A DNA stretch of 64,000 nucleotides from an uncultured bacterium (GCA_913053845.1 CAJXGD010000003.1:16820-80819), one strand, 5' to 3'; positions 1 through 10,228 are shown, counted from the first letter of the stretch. The notes: generated from the letters alone by a model not told the origin. Program-made: numbers and translations.

Positions 1-218
1 CGGCTGCAAGTCACGCTCTAACCAGGGACCGTGCGGTTATGACTGGTGACACAGAGGCCTGACTTTTTTAGGGCCGGCCGGCACCTTAAATTGCCTCGCA
101 GCTTTAGCGCGAGGACCTGCACCAGTCCAGCAAAAAGGTCGAACAAGATTACCTGCCAGGCGAAGCTTGCGGTCAGGCGCAAGATGATTTCTCCAGTGAA
201 ACGCCGACCGCTTCCAGC

Positions 219-1442
219 TCAGCGCAGCCGCCAGAGGATCAGCGCTCCGGCGACGCTGAGCAGGGCCGCATAGCCAAAGCCGACCGCCGGAGAGAAGGTC
301 GTCCAGAGCAGACCGACGATCAGGCTGGAGACCAGATCACCCACGCCATTGACCGCTGCCAGCGTCCCGAAGCCGGTGCTCCGCACCTGCTCAGGTAAAA
401 GCTCTGCGGCCAGCGCCCGCTCCAGCGTGTCCTCCACGGCGATATAAAAGCCGCCCAAGACGAAGATAAACGCCAGATAGCCTATGGACGAGAAGGGCAG
501 CATCAGCCCCAGGCCCATCAGCGCGGCTAGCAGATAGCCCATAGCCAGCAGAGTGCGTTTGTTGAGGCGATCGCCCAGCACACCCACCGGATAGGACATA
601 CCGGCGTAGATCACGTTATGCAGCACGTAGAGCCCCACGGCAATCGTCCCGGCCACTGCTGCCCCTAGCTGGGGGGTGAGCAGCTCGACAGCGCGCAAGG
701 TGAGCAGCGTATGGGCAAAGTCTCCCGCGCCAAAGATACCGACGCCAACTAGATAACGCCTGAACGAGCCAGGCAGTGAGCCCAGCGCTCCCCAGAAGCG
801 CAGCCCCGGCTTTGCCGCGCGCCGCCGCTCGCGCACCAGCGTCGCAAACGAGAGCGCCGCCAGCAGACTGGGAATCATGGCGATGAGGAAGATCCAACGA
901 TAGGCTGCCGTCTCGCTCATGATGGGGGTGAAGAGCGCGATCAACCCCAGGGCGCCCAGCGGTCCCAGAATGGCTCCCAACGTGTCGCCGGTGCGCTCGA
1001 AGCCGAAGGCGTGTGCGCGTGCCTGGGGCGGCACCGACTCGGTCAGAATGCTGTCCCGCAGCGGCCCTCGCGCCCCGCGTCCCATCCAGGCGATCGCCCG
1101 CGCCGCCATCACCAGCGGCCAACCGGTCGCCGCAGCAAAAGCACCCACCGCGAGTCCCGTAAGCGCGTACCCTCCAACGACGATCGGCTTACGCCGGGCG
1201 ACCCGATCGCCGATCCAGCCAAAGATCAGTTTGACCGTGCTGGAGAGCCCATCGGCCACCCCTTCAACCGCCCCCAGCACCACCGGAGGGATGCCCAGCG
1301 CAGCGAAGAAGAGCGGCAAGATGGCCGTGGCGACCTCGTGACCGGCGTCGCTCAAAAAACTGGTCAGCGACATGGCCCAGACGTTGCGCGTGAGCCAGGG
1401 GCGGGCCCGCCTCGGCGACGGCGGCCCTGAAGTTGGCCTCAC
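219..1442 (-). CDS. MFS transporter
   Basis: 407-aa ORF with 12-TM-like hydrophobic profile and MFS-type motifs (GxxxDRxGRR-like 'GDRVARRKP'). 4-bp overlap with the upstream MBL hydrolase gene. Confidence 0.75.
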   Translation of the reverse strand: MRPTSGPPSPRRARPWLTRNVWAMSLTSFLSDAGHEVATAILPLFFAALGIPPVVLGAVEGVADGLSSTVKLIFGWIGDRVARRKPIVVGGYALTGLAVGAFAAATGWPLVMAARAIAWMGRGARGPLRDSILTESVPPQARAHAFGFERTGDTLGAILGPLGALGLIALFTPIMSETAAYRWIFLIAMIPSLLAALSFATLVRERRRAAKPGLRFWGALGSLPGSFRRYLVGVGIFGAGDFAHTLLTLRAVELLTPQLGAAVAGTIAVGLYVLHNVIYAGMSYPVGVLGDRLNKRTLLAMGYLLAALMGLGLMLPFSSIGYLAFIFVLGGFYIAVEDTLERALAAELLPEQVRSTGFGTLAAVNGVGDLVSSLIVGLLWTTFSPAVGFGYAALLSVAGALILWRLR

Positions 1443-2227
1443 AGCACCAGCAGCTCGGAGGGTCGGTCGCGATAACTCAGATGCAGGCGGCAGTCGCCCT
1501 GGCCGTCCAGATGGCGCCGCACCGTCTCCAAGGCGACCTCCGGCCGATTGTTGTTCTGACTGAGATGGGCTAGCAGGACTTGGCGCAAGCGGCCCTCGCG
1601 GGCCAAGCCAGCAATCAGTTCGCCGGTACTGTCATTGGAAAGATGGCCCAACTCGCTCTGAATGCGCTGTTTGAGATATTGAGGGTATGGACCTTCAAGC
1701 AACATCTGCACATCGTGATTGGCCTCGATGATCAGGGCCTCACAGGGAGCCAGCCGTCGCCGCAGCCTGGGGGAAACCAACCCCAGATCGGTGGCGATCG
1801 CCACCAGCACCGTCCGTCCCGTCCCTTCCGAGGGTCCCTGGATCAGAAAGCCGCAGGGCTCACAGGCATCATGGGAGACGCGAAAGGGCTCGATCTGCAA
1901 CGCGCCGATGGCGAATTGCACCCCAGGTCGAAAACGCTCCTGCTTCTCCCAACCGGAGAGCCGCCGCCGGAACTCCGCAGCGGTGCGCTCTGAGGCATAG
2001 ATGGGGCAGTCGAAGTGCAGCGCGACCCGGCTGGCCTGGCCCACATGATCGGAGTGCTCATGGGAGATGAGCAGGCCAGCTATCATCTCGGCTCCCACCC
2101 CAATCTGCTCGAGACGCCGCCGCACCTGCCGCAGGCTGATCCCGGCATCTATCAAGAGTCGGGTGCCCCCGGCCTCCAGATAAGCGCAGTTGCCAGAGGA
2201 GCCGCTGGCCAGTAAACAGAGCCGCAT
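1439..2227 (-). CDS. MBL-fold metallo-hydrolase (YycJ/PhnP-like)
   Basis: HxHxDH motif ('HEHSDH'). N-terminal 'LASGSSGNCAYLE' is typical of the MBL fold. Confidence 0.75.
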   Translation of the reverse strand: MRLCLLASGSSGNCAYLEAGGTRLLIDAGISLRQVRRRLEQIGVGAEMIAGLLISHEHSDHVGQASRVALHFDCPIYASERTAAEFRRRLSGWEKQERFRPGVQFAIGALQIEPFRVSHDACEPCGFLIQGPSEGTGRTVLVAIATDLGLVSPRLRRRLAPCEALIIEANHDVQMLLEGPYPQYLKQRIQSELGHLSNDSTGELIAGLAREGRLRQVLLAHLSQNNNRPEVALETVRRHLDGQGDCRLHLSYRDRPSELLVL

Positions 2228-2253
2228 GTCCTAAGCCTCGCCGCTCGACCGGG

Positions 2254-4263
2254 TCATAGCGAGAGCAGCGCCCGCGCCCGCCGGACAACCTCGTCCACGC
2301 TGAATCCCAGTTTCTCTAACACGATCGCTCCCGGCGCCGAGGCTCCAAAGCGGTCCAGACCGATCACATCGCCCTCAAGGCCCACGTAGTCGCGCCAACC
2401 GCGCGCCGTGCCCGCCTCCACCGCCAGCTTGGGCAGCTTCGGAGGCAGGACGCTCTCCCGATAGTCACGCACTTGCTCGTCGAAAAGCTCCCAGCAGGGC
2501 ATCGAGACCACCCGCGCCTGCACGCCTTGGCGCTGCAGCTCAGCTTGGGCAGCGACGATCAACTGCACCTCAGAGCCACTGGCTAGCAGCACCAACTGCG
2601 GCGGGTCTCCCGGCGCCTCGGCCAAGATATAGGCCCCGCGCCGGACTCCTTCAGGCGCCTTTTCCGCTGTGCCGACCAGCGTGGGCAGCTTCTGCCGGCT
2701 GAGCGCCAACCCCACCGGTCCCCCATCATGCTCCAGGGCCACCCGCCAGGCGGCGGCCGTCTCGTTGGCATCGGCTGGACGCAGCAGCGTCATATTGGGG
2801 ATGGCCCGCAGCGCCAGCAGTTGCTCCACCGGCTGATGGGTGGGGCCATCCTCTCCCTGGGCGATCGAATCATGGGTCCAAATATAGATTACCGGCTGCT
2901 TCATCAGCGCGGCCAGCCGGACCGCCGGGCGCATATAGTCAGAAAAAATCAGGAAGGTCGCCCCATAAGGCCGTATGCCCCCGTGGAGGGCCAGCCCGTT
3001 TAATACGGCTCCCATGGCGTGCTCGCGGATGCCGAAGTGTAGGTTGCGCTCCCCATAATGGCCGGCCTCCAAGTCCTGGCTTCCCGCTAGCAGCGTCTTG
3101 GTCGAGGGGGCCAGGTCGGCCGCGCCGCCGAGCAGCTCCGGCAGATGGGGCGCGATGGCATTCAATATCTTTCCGGAGGCCGCACGGCTGGCCAGCGGCG
3201 GCTCCTGGGGTGAGAAGACCGGCATCTCCCGGTCCCAGTCGGGGGGCAATTCTCTCTGCTGAATGCGCTGCCACTCGGCGGCCAGTTGGGGATGAGCAGC
3301 CTGCCAGCGCTCGAATCTCTCTTGCCAGGAGGCTTGATAGCCAGGGCCTCGTTCGAGCGCCCGGCGACAGTGGGCCAGAGCTTCAGGGGGCACGTAGAAG
3401 CTTTTGTCGGGGGGCCAGCCATAGAAACGCTTGGCCGCGCGTATCTCCTCCGCGCCCAAGGGCGAGCCGTGGGCCGCCGCTGTGTCCTGCTTGTGGGGCG
3501 CGCCGTAGGCGATGTGCGAGCGGACCGCGATCAGCGAGGGACGGTGCGCTTCACTTTGGGCAGATTCGATCGCCCCGCCGAGCGCCTCCAGATCGTTGAC
3601 GTCTTGAACCCGCTGCACCTGCCAGCCGTAGGACTCGAAGCGCCGGGGCACATCTTCATCGAAGGCCAGAGCGGTGTCCCCTTCGATGGTGATGTGATTA
3701 TCGTCGTAGAGCCAGATCAGCTTGCCCAATTTGAGATGGCCGGCCAGCGAAGCGGCCTCGTGGGATATGCCCTCCATCAGGTCCCCGTCGGAGCAGAGCA
3801 CATAGGTGAAGTGCTCTACTATGCTCTCCTCGCGATTGAAGCGTGCCCCCAGATGGGCTTCGGCCAGCGCCATCCCTACTGAAGTACCGCAGCCTTGACC
3901 CAAAGGGCCGGTGGTGGTCTCCACGCCGGGGGTATGGCCATACTCCGGGTGACCTGGAGTAAGAGAGCCCCATTGGCGAAAGCGTTTTAGTTCCTCCAAG
4001 GGCAACCGATAGCCGGTCAGGTGGAGAATGCTGTAGAGCAACATCGAGGCGTGGCCGCAGGAGAGCACGAAGCGATCACGGTCAGGCCAACCGGGATCAG
4101 CGGGATTGTGCCTCATAAATCTGGTGAAGAGCAGATAGACGATGGGAGCCAGGGCCATTGGCGTACCGGGATGACCGGAGTGGGCTTTTTCGACCGCGTC
4201 CATGGAGAGGGTGCGAATGGTATTGATGCACAACTGATCCAGTTGATCGGACTTCTCGCTCAA
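2254..4263 (-). CDS. tkt: transketolase
   Basis: 669 aa. N-terminus '[27 protein letters not shown]' and a TPP-binding GDG region. Full-length similarity to Tkt. Confidence 0.9.
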   Translation of the reverse strand: MSEKSDQLDQLCINTIRTLSMDAVEKAHSGHPGTPMALAPIVYLLFTRFMRHNPADPGWPDRDRFVLSCGHASMLLYSILHLTGYRLPLEELKRFRQWGSLTPGHPEYGHTPGVETTTGPLGQGCGTSVGMALAEAHLGARFNREESIVEHFTYVLCSDGDLMEGISHEAASLAGHLKLGKLIWLYDDNHITIEGDTALAFDEDVPRRFESYGWQVQRVQDVNDLEALGGAIESAQSEAHRPSLIAVRSHIAYGAPHKQDTAAAHGSPLGAEEIRAAKRFYGWPPDKSFYVPPEALAHCRRALERGPGYQASWQERFERWQAAHPQLAAEWQRIQQRELPPDWDREMPVFSPQEPPLASRAASGKILNAIAPHLPELLGGAADLAPSTKTLLAGSQDLEAGHYGERNLHFGIREHAMGAVLNGLALHGGIRPYGATFLIFSDYMRPAVRLAALMKQPVIYIWTHDSIAQGEDGPTHQPVEQLLALRAIPNMTLLRPADANETAAAWRVALEHDGGPVGLALSRQKLPTLVGTAEKAPEGVRRGAYILAEAPGDPPQLVLLASGSEVQLIVAAQAELQRQGVQARVVSMPCWELFDEQVRDYRESVLPPKLPKLAVEAGTARGWRDYVGLEGDVIGLDRFGASAPGAIVLEKLGFSVDEVVRRARALLSL

Positions 4264-4315
4264 GGTGCTCCTCCTCTGTGCCGCCTGGGGGTCTTTTCAG
4301 ATAGCAATAAGATAG

Positions 4316-4352
4316 CCGGAGCGGCCGGGCTGGTCAAGCCCGCTCCGGCCTG
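4316..4352. terminator. GC-rich hairpin (GCCGGAGCGG...CCGCTCCGGC) between tkt start and the ccdA remnant / hicAB end
   Basis: 10-bp perfect inverted repeat seen in sequence. Followed by a T-rich run on the minus strand, so it may terminate the hicAB transcript or act as a tkt leader structure. Confidence 0.3.
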
Positions 4353-4402
4353 CGAGGCTGCTCGAAGTGGGCTACAATAAGCACCAATCATGACTGCATC
4401 TG

Positions 4403-4612
4403 GTGATGCTCAACTTCTCCTTCAGCGCGGGGATGACGGCCTTCTTCAACCCCTGTGGTTTTGCCATGTTGCCGGCCTATGTTTCTTACTATCTCGGTCA
4501 GGGCGAGGGGTCTACCCGCAACTTGCGGCACGGCATCTTGCGGGGTGTGCAGTTGGGTGCCACGCTCAGGTGCAGCGCCTTATGTAGGCCAGCATTAGAC
4601 GTTGCCCTTTAG
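4403..4612 (+). pseudogene. truncated CcdA/DsbD-family (cytochrome c biogenesis transmembrane) gene fragment
   Basis: Start of the ORF reads 'FSAGMTAFFNPCGFAMLPAYVSYYLG', the conserved first TM and Cys motif of CcdA/DsbD. The ORF then ends after 69 aa, where GC drops and the hicAB islet begins. Confidence 0.4.
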
Positions 4613-4796
4613 GTTCTGGCACTGGGTCACCGAATTCCTTCGCTGTAGCTATCCACAGTTGAGCAGCTTCGTGGACATTCTTAAGTGCAACCTCCTGCGT
4701 GTCACCATGGGCCATACACCCAGGCAGTTCAGGGACTTCAGCGATGAACAGGTGGTCCTCCCGGCTCCAGCAGATAATGATCTCATATTTATGCAT
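4566..4796 (-). CDS. hicB: HicB-family antitoxin (UPF0150)
   Basis: 'MHKYEIIICWSREDHLFIAEVPELPGCMAHGDTQEVALKNVHEAAQLWI' matches the HicB/UPF0150 fold signature. The start overlaps the hicA stop (TAATG). A longer ORF extends to 4856. Confidence 0.7.
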   Translation of the reverse strand: MHKYEIIICWSREDHLFIAEVPELPGCMAHGDTQEVALKNVHEAAQLWIATAKEFGDPVPEPKGQRLMLAYIRRCT

Positions 4797-5029
4797 TATC
4801 CCTTCCCGCCTAATTGATATTTCAAGATCACACGACGCACTTGACCGATCTGGCAAACCTTGGCCTTATTGTCATCACGCTGGAGGTTGATCTTCTCTTC
4901 TACTCCCTGCTTTCTGGAAATGTGCTGGCTGCCACGTATGCGCTCATCAAATCCCAAGTGTCGGAGCAACTGACAAAGATCATCAAGGCGGATATTGGTA
5001 TCTGATCTACCCTGGAGTATCTGCTCCAA
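4796..5029 (-). CDS. hicA: HicA-family mRNA interferase toxin
   Basis: 77 aa. 'LLRHLGFDERIRGSQHISRKQG...' matches the HicA (YcfA) dsRBD-like motif GSHH/RGSxH. Lies immediately upstream of hicB. Confidence 0.65.
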   Translation of the reverse strand: MEQILQGRSDTNIRLDDLCQLLRHLGFDERIRGSQHISRKQGVEEKINLQRDDNKAKVCQIGQVRRVILKYQLGGKG

Positions 5030-5059
5030 GGGTTTGTCCTACCTACTCATAGTGATAGC

Positions 5060-5275
5060 TTACAAATCTTCTGGCCTGAGACCTGTATGCTTTGCGATGC
5101 GGGCCAACATACGCGGGCCAATCTCTTCGCCATCATGGAACGCAAACACGTAATCGGGCCAAGCGGGACGCGAAAGAATCCGATGTGAACCGCTTGCCTG
5201 ACGCTTGATCTTCCACCCAGTGCTCATCAGTGCAGCCAGGATACGTTTGGCTCTTGTGGCCGGCCATTTGCTCAT
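5060..5275 (-). CDS. hicA: HicA-family toxin (second copy)
   Basis: 71 aa. 'KRILAALMSTGWKIKRQASGSHRIL' is the classic HicA/YcfA motif. 4-bp overlap with the upstream hicB. Confidence 0.7.
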   Translation of the reverse strand: MSKWPATRAKRILAALMSTGWKIKRQASGSHRILSRPAWPDYVFAFHDGEEIGPRMLARIAKHTGLRPEDL

Positions 5276-5478
5276 ACAGCTACCGAAAAAACATCGGGTA
5301 TTTCAGGAACCGTTTCACCGTGCTCCAGGCGATCGGCCAATACCCGCAAGGATAAGGCTTTAACCCGAGAAATGGCCTCTTCCCGAGTTTGACCATAGGC
5401 GAGTGCGCCAGGGAGGTCGGTTACTTCTGCAAGCCAGCGCCCATCCTCTTCCTGTTCGACTTCGATGATGAGATTCAT
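5272..5478 (-). CDS. hicB: HicB-family antitoxin (second copy)
   Basis: 'MNLIIEVEQEEDGRWLAEVTDLPGALAYGQTREEAISRVKALSLRVLADRLEHGETVPE' matches HicB/UPF0150. Strong RBS (GAGGAGGG) before the ATG at 5478. The long ORF extends to 5544. Confidence 0.7.
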   Translation of the reverse strand: MNLIIEVEQEEDGRWLAEVTDLPGALAYGQTREEAISRVKALSLRVLADRLEHGETVPEIPDVFSVAV

Positions 5479-5623
5479 CGTATTACCCTCCTCTGTACAT
5501 GAACGCGTAAGCCAGCTCAACATACAAATTATACCACGAGACATGAGGGGTGCCTAACATAGCGCTAACCTGTGAGCCGCTAGGCGCGAAGCGCCGACGC
5601 GGCGAGTCAGGTTGAGCGACGTG

Positions 5624-6211
5624 TTATGCGTCTTTTTTGTCATCTGTTTCTGGATCGCTTTCCTCAAGATAGAGCCAATCGAAATCGGCAACAGGCTGAA
5701 CGGCATTGATGATGTACTCAATCTTGCGCTGAGTTTTGTACAGACCCTTTCGTGGCACGGAGTAGTATTTGACGGTGTATTCAACGACACCGCTCTTCGG
5801 AAAAGTGGAAATATCGACGTTTGGTATTGTGCCGTACCAAAACACCGTTACATCGTTTGGATAAATTACGCCTTTCATGAGCTTGAATGACGGATTATCT
5901 ATCGTCGCGCCCGCATATGTAGCTCTGATTGTTTTTACTTCGTAGTGAATGAGCACCTTACCGGGATTCCCGAATAGCAGACCAATTCTTAAGTTCCCCT
6001 TGGTCGGTGTCGTTTCATCCTCCGGTTTTTGAACGTAGAACTTGAAAAGGAAATTTCTAAATACGAAATAGGCGCGGCTCTCAAGATCGAAGGCTTCTTT
6101 CGAAACGCTCGCCATTTGCCGCGTTGCGAAAGCAAGCCAAACTGTAGCTCCCGCGAGAACGACCGTGAACAACGCCAATACAGCTTCCGAAATCCCAGAC
6201 AAGTTCCTCAC
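5624..6211 (-). CDS. hypothetical membrane-anchored protein (N-terminal TM helix plus beta-rich domain)
   Basis: 195-aa ORF in a lower-GC islet. Has an N-terminal hydrophobic helix and no recognisable family. Confidence 0.45.
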   Translation of the reverse strand: MRNLSGISEAVLALFTVVLAGATVWLAFATRQMASVSKEAFDLESRAYFVFRNFLFKFYVQKPEDETTPTKGNLRIGLLFGNPGKVLIHYEVKTIRATYAGATIDNPSFKLMKGVIYPNDVTVFWYGTIPNVDISTFPKSGVVEYTVKYYSVPRKGLYKTQRKIEYIINAVQPVADFDWLYLEESDPETDDKKDA

Positions 6212-6270
6212 CTCATCGCACGTATCGGTTCATCGGATTGAGACGCATAACAACAAGTAGACGAACATCC

Positions 6271-6402
6271 TTCCCTCTAATCCCCACTCTGTTATCTTAG
6301 AAAAAACTCTTTCCACCTAAACTACCTCCCTGCATGCTATATGGACATCTTTCCATCTAAGCCCTGCCTTTACCCTGTTAGGCGGATAATTCTTCCACCT
6401 AT
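6271..6402. repeat. four direct repeats tCTTTCCAyCTAa at 6271, 6311, 6351, 6393 (40-42 bp phasing)
   Basis: Read directly from sequence: ttccctctaa / ttccacctaa / ttccatctaa / ttccacctat. Located in an AT-rich spacer upstream of the 5624..6211 gene. Confidence 0.6.
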
Positions 6403-6526
6403 TATGCTTGACTCAACTCAGTATAGTTTCTATGATACATCAATCGGGCTAGAAAGTCAATATAATTGGTGCGCCACAGGAGCAAGGCCTGTTCATCGCT
6501 GGGCCATAGAGGGCAGGGGACGACTG

Positions 6527-7915
6527 TCACGCCCCAACTATCGGCAGGCTCTCCAACTCCGGCGGCTGAGACAGACCCATCAGTTGCAGCACCGTCGGCC
6601 CAATCTGGGTCAACTGCAGACCGGAGAGCTCGCCCTGCAGCCCCTCAATATTGGCCGCCACGAATAGCCCCTGCTGCGCATGATTGGCCTCGTCAGGCCC
6701 GGTGTCGTTCTCGTGTACCCAAACGGTCTCTCGGCCCACCGAACCCACCGAGCGCCAGCGCAATCCGCCGAACAGTATCAGTAGGTCCGGCGCGATGCCT
6801 CGCACCTGCCGATAGAGCTCCTCCGGCTTGTAGACTCGCGTGCCGAGCGGACAACCGTGCTCGTCGCCCAACGCCTCCAGCTTACCGATCAGCTCGTCGC
6901 GCAGCGGCTCATACTCGCTCGGCGCCACCGTGCCCTCCGGCTCACGACCGGCCACATTGAGAAATAGGCGTCCATAGTAGCCACCCGCACCCCAGGCGAC
7001 GGTGCGCTTCCAGTCGATCTCGAGAGCTTCCAGCGGCCTCGGTCGCTCCGGTCTGCGGGTTAGCGTCAGATAGCCCTCGTTGATCAGCCACTCGTTCAGA
7101 CAGATCCCGCCGTCCATGCGCTGGGCCCCGTGATCGGAGACGATCAGCACCTGGGTATCATCGTCCAGCAGCTCCAGAAACCGGCCTAACTGCTCATCGA
7201 GATAGCGATAGTAGTCGCGCAGGGCACTCTCGAAGGGGTTGCCCGCCTGATAGTGAATGTGCTCCGGATCGCAGTAGCTCCAAAAGCCGTGATGCAGCCG
7301 ATCGGGTCCCATGTCCACCAGGATGAAAAAATCCCAGGGCTTGTGAGTCAACATATAGGACGCCACTTGGAAGCGCTGGGCAGTCAGGCGATAGATCTGC
7401 TCTAGGAGCCATTTTTTGTCCTTGGTGCGGAACTGCGGCACATCGAAGAGATAATCGCCGACCAGCCGCTGTATCTCGCCCTTCAGCTCCGCCGGATAGG
7501 TGAAATCGGCCTGGGTGCCGGGGGTGAGGAAGCAGGAGATCGAGCAACCGTTTAGCGGCTTGGGCGGCCAGCTAGGCGGCACCCCGATCACCACCGAGCG
7601 CAGCCCGGCCTCCCCCAGGTAATCCCAGACCGCCTTTTGCCGCAGCTCGGCCGAGCTGACGATAGATAGTTCGTTATAACTATAATCACGCCGGTTGCGA
7701 AAACCGTAGATGCCCAGCGTGCCCGGCCGCACCCCGCTCATCATGCAGGCCCAGGCGGGCACGGTGATCGGAGGGATGACGCTCTCCAACAGTCCAAAGG
7801 CCCCCTGATGGCGCAACTGAGTCAGGTTAGGCATCGCCTCGGCGAACCGCTCGAAGGCCAGTTGCGGCGCGGCGCAGTCCAGGCCGATGATCACCAGCTT
7901 AGGCTTGCGCATCAA
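6527..7915 (-). CDS. alkaline phosphatase-superfamily protein (type I phosphodiesterase/nucleotide pyrophosphatase family)
   Basis: 462 aa. N-terminus '[19 protein letters not shown]' and overall similarity to PF01663-type AP-family proteins. Confidence 0.7.
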   Translation of the reverse strand: MMRKPKLVIIGLDCAAPQLAFERFAEAMPNLTQLRHQGAFGLLESVIPPITVPAWACMMSGVRPGTLGIYGFRNRRDYSYNELSIVSSAELRQKAVWDYLGEAGLRSVVIGVPPSWPPKPLNGCSISCFLTPGTQADFTYPAELKGEIQRLVGDYLFDVPQFRTKDKKWLLEQIYRLTAQRFQVASYMLTHKPWDFFILVDMGPDRLHHGFWSYCDPEHIHYQAGNPFESALRDYYRYLDEQLGRFLELLDDDTQVLIVSDHGAQRMDGGICLNEWLINEGYLTLTRRPERPRPLEALEIDWKRTVAWGAGGYYGRLFLNVAGREPEGTVAPSEYEPLRDELIGKLEALGDEHGCPLGTRVYKPEELYRQVRGIAPDLLILFGGLRWRSVGSVGRETVWVHENDTGPDEANHAQQGLFVAANIEGLQGELSGLQLTQIGPTVLQLMGLSQPPELESLPIVGA

Positions 7916-8346
7916 GCTCTTGTGGGAGTCAGCAGCTCTGCGGGAGTAAAAAAGCGGGCGATCTCACGCTGGGCCGACTCCAGTGAGTCGGAGCCATGAA
8001 CCAGGTTGGCCGTGAGATCGAGGCCGAAATCGCCACGCACGGTGCCCGGTGCAGCCTCAAAGGGATTGGTGGCCCCCATCATCTGGCGCACCACCCGCAC
8101 CGCCTGCGGTCCCTCGGCGACCAGCGCCACCACCGGGCCACGGGTGATAAAGCCGATCAGCTCGGCGAAGAAAGGCTTTTGCCGGTGTTCGGCGTAATGT
8201 TCCTCAGCTTGCGAGTGCTTGATCTGCATCAGCTTTATAGCGATGATCGTCAGCCCCTTGCGCTCTAAGCGTCCGATCAGCTCGCCCACCAGGCGGCGCT
8301 CCAGCGCGTCCGGCTTCAATAATATCAGCGTTCTCTCGGTTGGCAC
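7912..8346 (-). CDS. ndk: nucleoside diphosphate kinase
   Basis: '[29 protein letters not shown]...NLVHGSDS' is the canonical NDK sequence, including the active-site His region. Confidence 0.9.
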   Translation of the reverse strand: MPTERTLILLKPDALERRLVGELIGRLERKGLTIIAIKLMQIKHSQAEEHYAEHRQKPFFAELIGFITRGPVVALVAEGPQAVRVVRQMMGATNPFEAAPGTVRGDFGLDLTANLVHGSDSLESAQREIARFFTPAELLTPTRA

Positions 8347-8373
8347 TGTCTAGTTCCTCCCATAAGATAGGTG

Positions 8374-9534
8374 TTAGGGTAGCTTGGCATAGCGCTTGCC
8401 CTCCAGCTCGGCGATCAGCTTCTTGATGGTAAGGCTGAAGAGCGCATAAGCGGTGTCGGTGGTGCTCAGGGTGGCCCGCTCGACCACATCGTTGAAATGA
8501 ATCGGCTCGTACTCCAGGACGTTGAGGACCTTCTCTTCCAAAGGCGAGATCTCCTGAGCGGTGGCCTGCGGTCTGGTCCTCGGCTGCAAGGTCCGCTTTA
8601 GGTCACCGAACTCCTCCAAAATATCGTCCACGCTGGTGATCAGCTTAGCGCCTTGCTGGATCAGCCGGTGGGTGCCCCGGCTGGTGCGACTGGTGATCGG
8701 GCCGGGCACGGCGAAGACCTCGCGGCCCTGCTCCGTGGCCAGTCGGGCGGTGATCAGTGCCCCGCTGCGCTCCGGGGCCTCGACGACGATCGTCCCCCGC
8801 GTCAGGCCGGAGATGATCCGGTTGCGCCGCGGGAAGGTCCAGCGGTCGGGCAAGGTGCTGATGGAAAATTCGCTGAGCACGACACCCGATTGGGCGATCT
8901 TCTTCATCAAGCGAGTATTCTCGCGCGGGTAAGGCTGAGCGAAGCCAGAGCCCAGCACGCCGATGGTGCGCGCCCCGCAGGCCAGCGCCGCCCGATGCGC
9001 CACGCTGTCAATACCCAAGGCCAGCCCGCTGACGATGGTAAAACCCCGCTCGCCCAGCTCCTTGGCCAGCTTGGCGGCGATCATGCGCCCGTAGGCGGAA
9101 GCGCGGCGGGTGCCCACGATGGCCAGGGCCAACTGATCCTTGGCGCGATAGTCGCCCTGCAGATAGAGCACCGGCGGTCGGTCATCTAACGAGAGCAGCG
9201 AGGGGGGATAGTCCTCATCGGAGAGGGTGAGCACCTGCAGGCCATACTGCTCGATCTGGCTAAGCTCGCGCTCCAGGTCCAGTTCGGTGCGATGCCGACA
9301 GAAAGTAGCCACAGAGCTCTCAAAGCCGGGAATCTGGGCCAGCACCGCACGCGGGGCTTCCCAGATCTGGCGAGGACTGCTGAAGTTATCCAAGAGAATG
9401 CGGAACTTCTTGGGGGTCAGATTGGAAATCATGTTCAGTGCGATCCAATAACGCTGCGCTTCACCGATGGTCATGACCTCACCCGCTTTGTCGGCTGTTG
9501 GATTATTATAACCCGGTGGCGGCGGGGTGACCAA
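8374..9534 (-). CDS. dprA: DNA processing protein DprA (Smf)
   Basis: Rossmann-like core 'LAIVGTRRASAYGRMIAAKLAKELGERGFTIVSGLALGIDSVAHRAAL' plus a C-terminal winged helix. Alternative start at 9474 with RBS. Confidence 0.85.
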   Translation of the reverse strand: MVTPPPPGYNNPTADKAGEVMTIGEAQRYWIALNMISNLTPKKFRILLDNFSSPRQIWEAPRAVLAQIPGFESSVATFCRHRTELDLERELSQIEQYGLQVLTLSDEDYPPSLLSLDDRPPVLYLQGDYRAKDQLALAIVGTRRASAYGRMIAAKLAKELGERGFTIVSGLALGIDSVAHRAALACGARTIGVLGSGFAQPYPRENTRLMKKIAQSGVVLSEFSISTLPDRWTFPRRNRIISGLTRGTIVVEAPERSGALITARLATEQGREVFAVPGPITSRTSRGTHRLIQQGAKLITSVDDILEEFGDLKRTLQPRTRPQATAQEISPLEEKVLNVLEYEPIHFNDVVERATLSTTDTAYALFSLTIKKLIAELEGKRYAKLP

Positions 9535-9556
9535 AGCGAGGCTACTATTGAGGTGA

Positions 9557-10228
9557 CTATTCAGGTGCCCCCTCGATGATTGCCAGGCTGGCGCTGGCCC
9601 CGATGCGGTCGGCTCCGGCCTCGATCAGGGCCAGCGCCGTGGCATAGTCGTGAATGCCTCCGGCGGCCTTGACACCCATCCCAGGGCCCACCGTGCGCTT
9701 GAGCAGCCTCACATCGGCGACGGTCGCACCGCCGGGCCCAAAGCCGGTTGAGGTCTTGACGAAGTCGGCTCCGGCGGCCTGGGCCAGTATCGCCCCGGCG
9801 ATTTTTTGTTGATCGTCCAAGAGGGCCGTCTCCAGAATGACCTTCAGGATGATCTGCCTGGGGGACTGGGCGACCGCCTCCCGCACCCCGGCGATCTCCT
9901 GCAGCACCGCCCGATAGTCTCGGCGCTTCAAGGCGGCGACGTTAATCACCATGTCCAGCTCGTTCGCCCCGGCCCGGGCGGCCTCGCGGGCCTCGAAGGC
10001 CTTCACCTGAGGCAGCGTAGCCCCCAAGGGAAAGCCCAGCACCACGTCTACCAGCACCGTCGTCTCCGCCAGCTCCCCCTTGGCCAGACGCAGATAGCAG
10101 GGGTTGATGCAGACGGCATAGAAATGATAACGGGCCGCTTCGCCGCAGAGCCGGCGCACCTGCTCCGGTGAGACATCCGCTCCCAGAACGGTATGATCGA
10201 TTCGCGCTGCCAATTCACTGCGTTTCAT
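9557..10228 (-). CDS. deoC: deoxyribose-phosphate aldolase
   Basis: 223 aa. 'IDHTVLGADVS...AVCINPCYL...KTSTGFGPGGATVADVRLL' with conserved Schiff-base Lys region. Confidence 0.85.
   Translation of the reverse strand: MKRSELAARIDHTVLGADVSPEQVRRLCGEAARYHFYAVCINPCYLRLAKGELAETTVLVDVVLGFPLGATLPQVKAFEAREAARAGANELDMVINVAALKRRDYRAVLQEIAGVREAVAQSPRQIILKVILETALLDDQQKIAGAILAQAAGADFVKTSTGFGPGGATVADVRLLKRTVGPGMGVKAAGGIHDYATALALIEAGADRIGASASLAIIEGAPE

Noticed and set aside
616-1430. ORFs 616..1122 (-), 919..1341 (+), 1011..1430 (+) inside or antisense to the MFS transporter gene
   Set aside because: Arg/Pro/Ala-rich low-complexity translations typical of out-of-frame ORFs in high-GC DNA. They fully overlap a well-supported CDS.
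4403-4612. CcdA-like ORF as an intact gene
   Set aside because: Only the first conserved TM/Cys motif is present. The remainder is compositionally foreign sequence with no further CcdA helices, so it is called a remnant or pseudogene.
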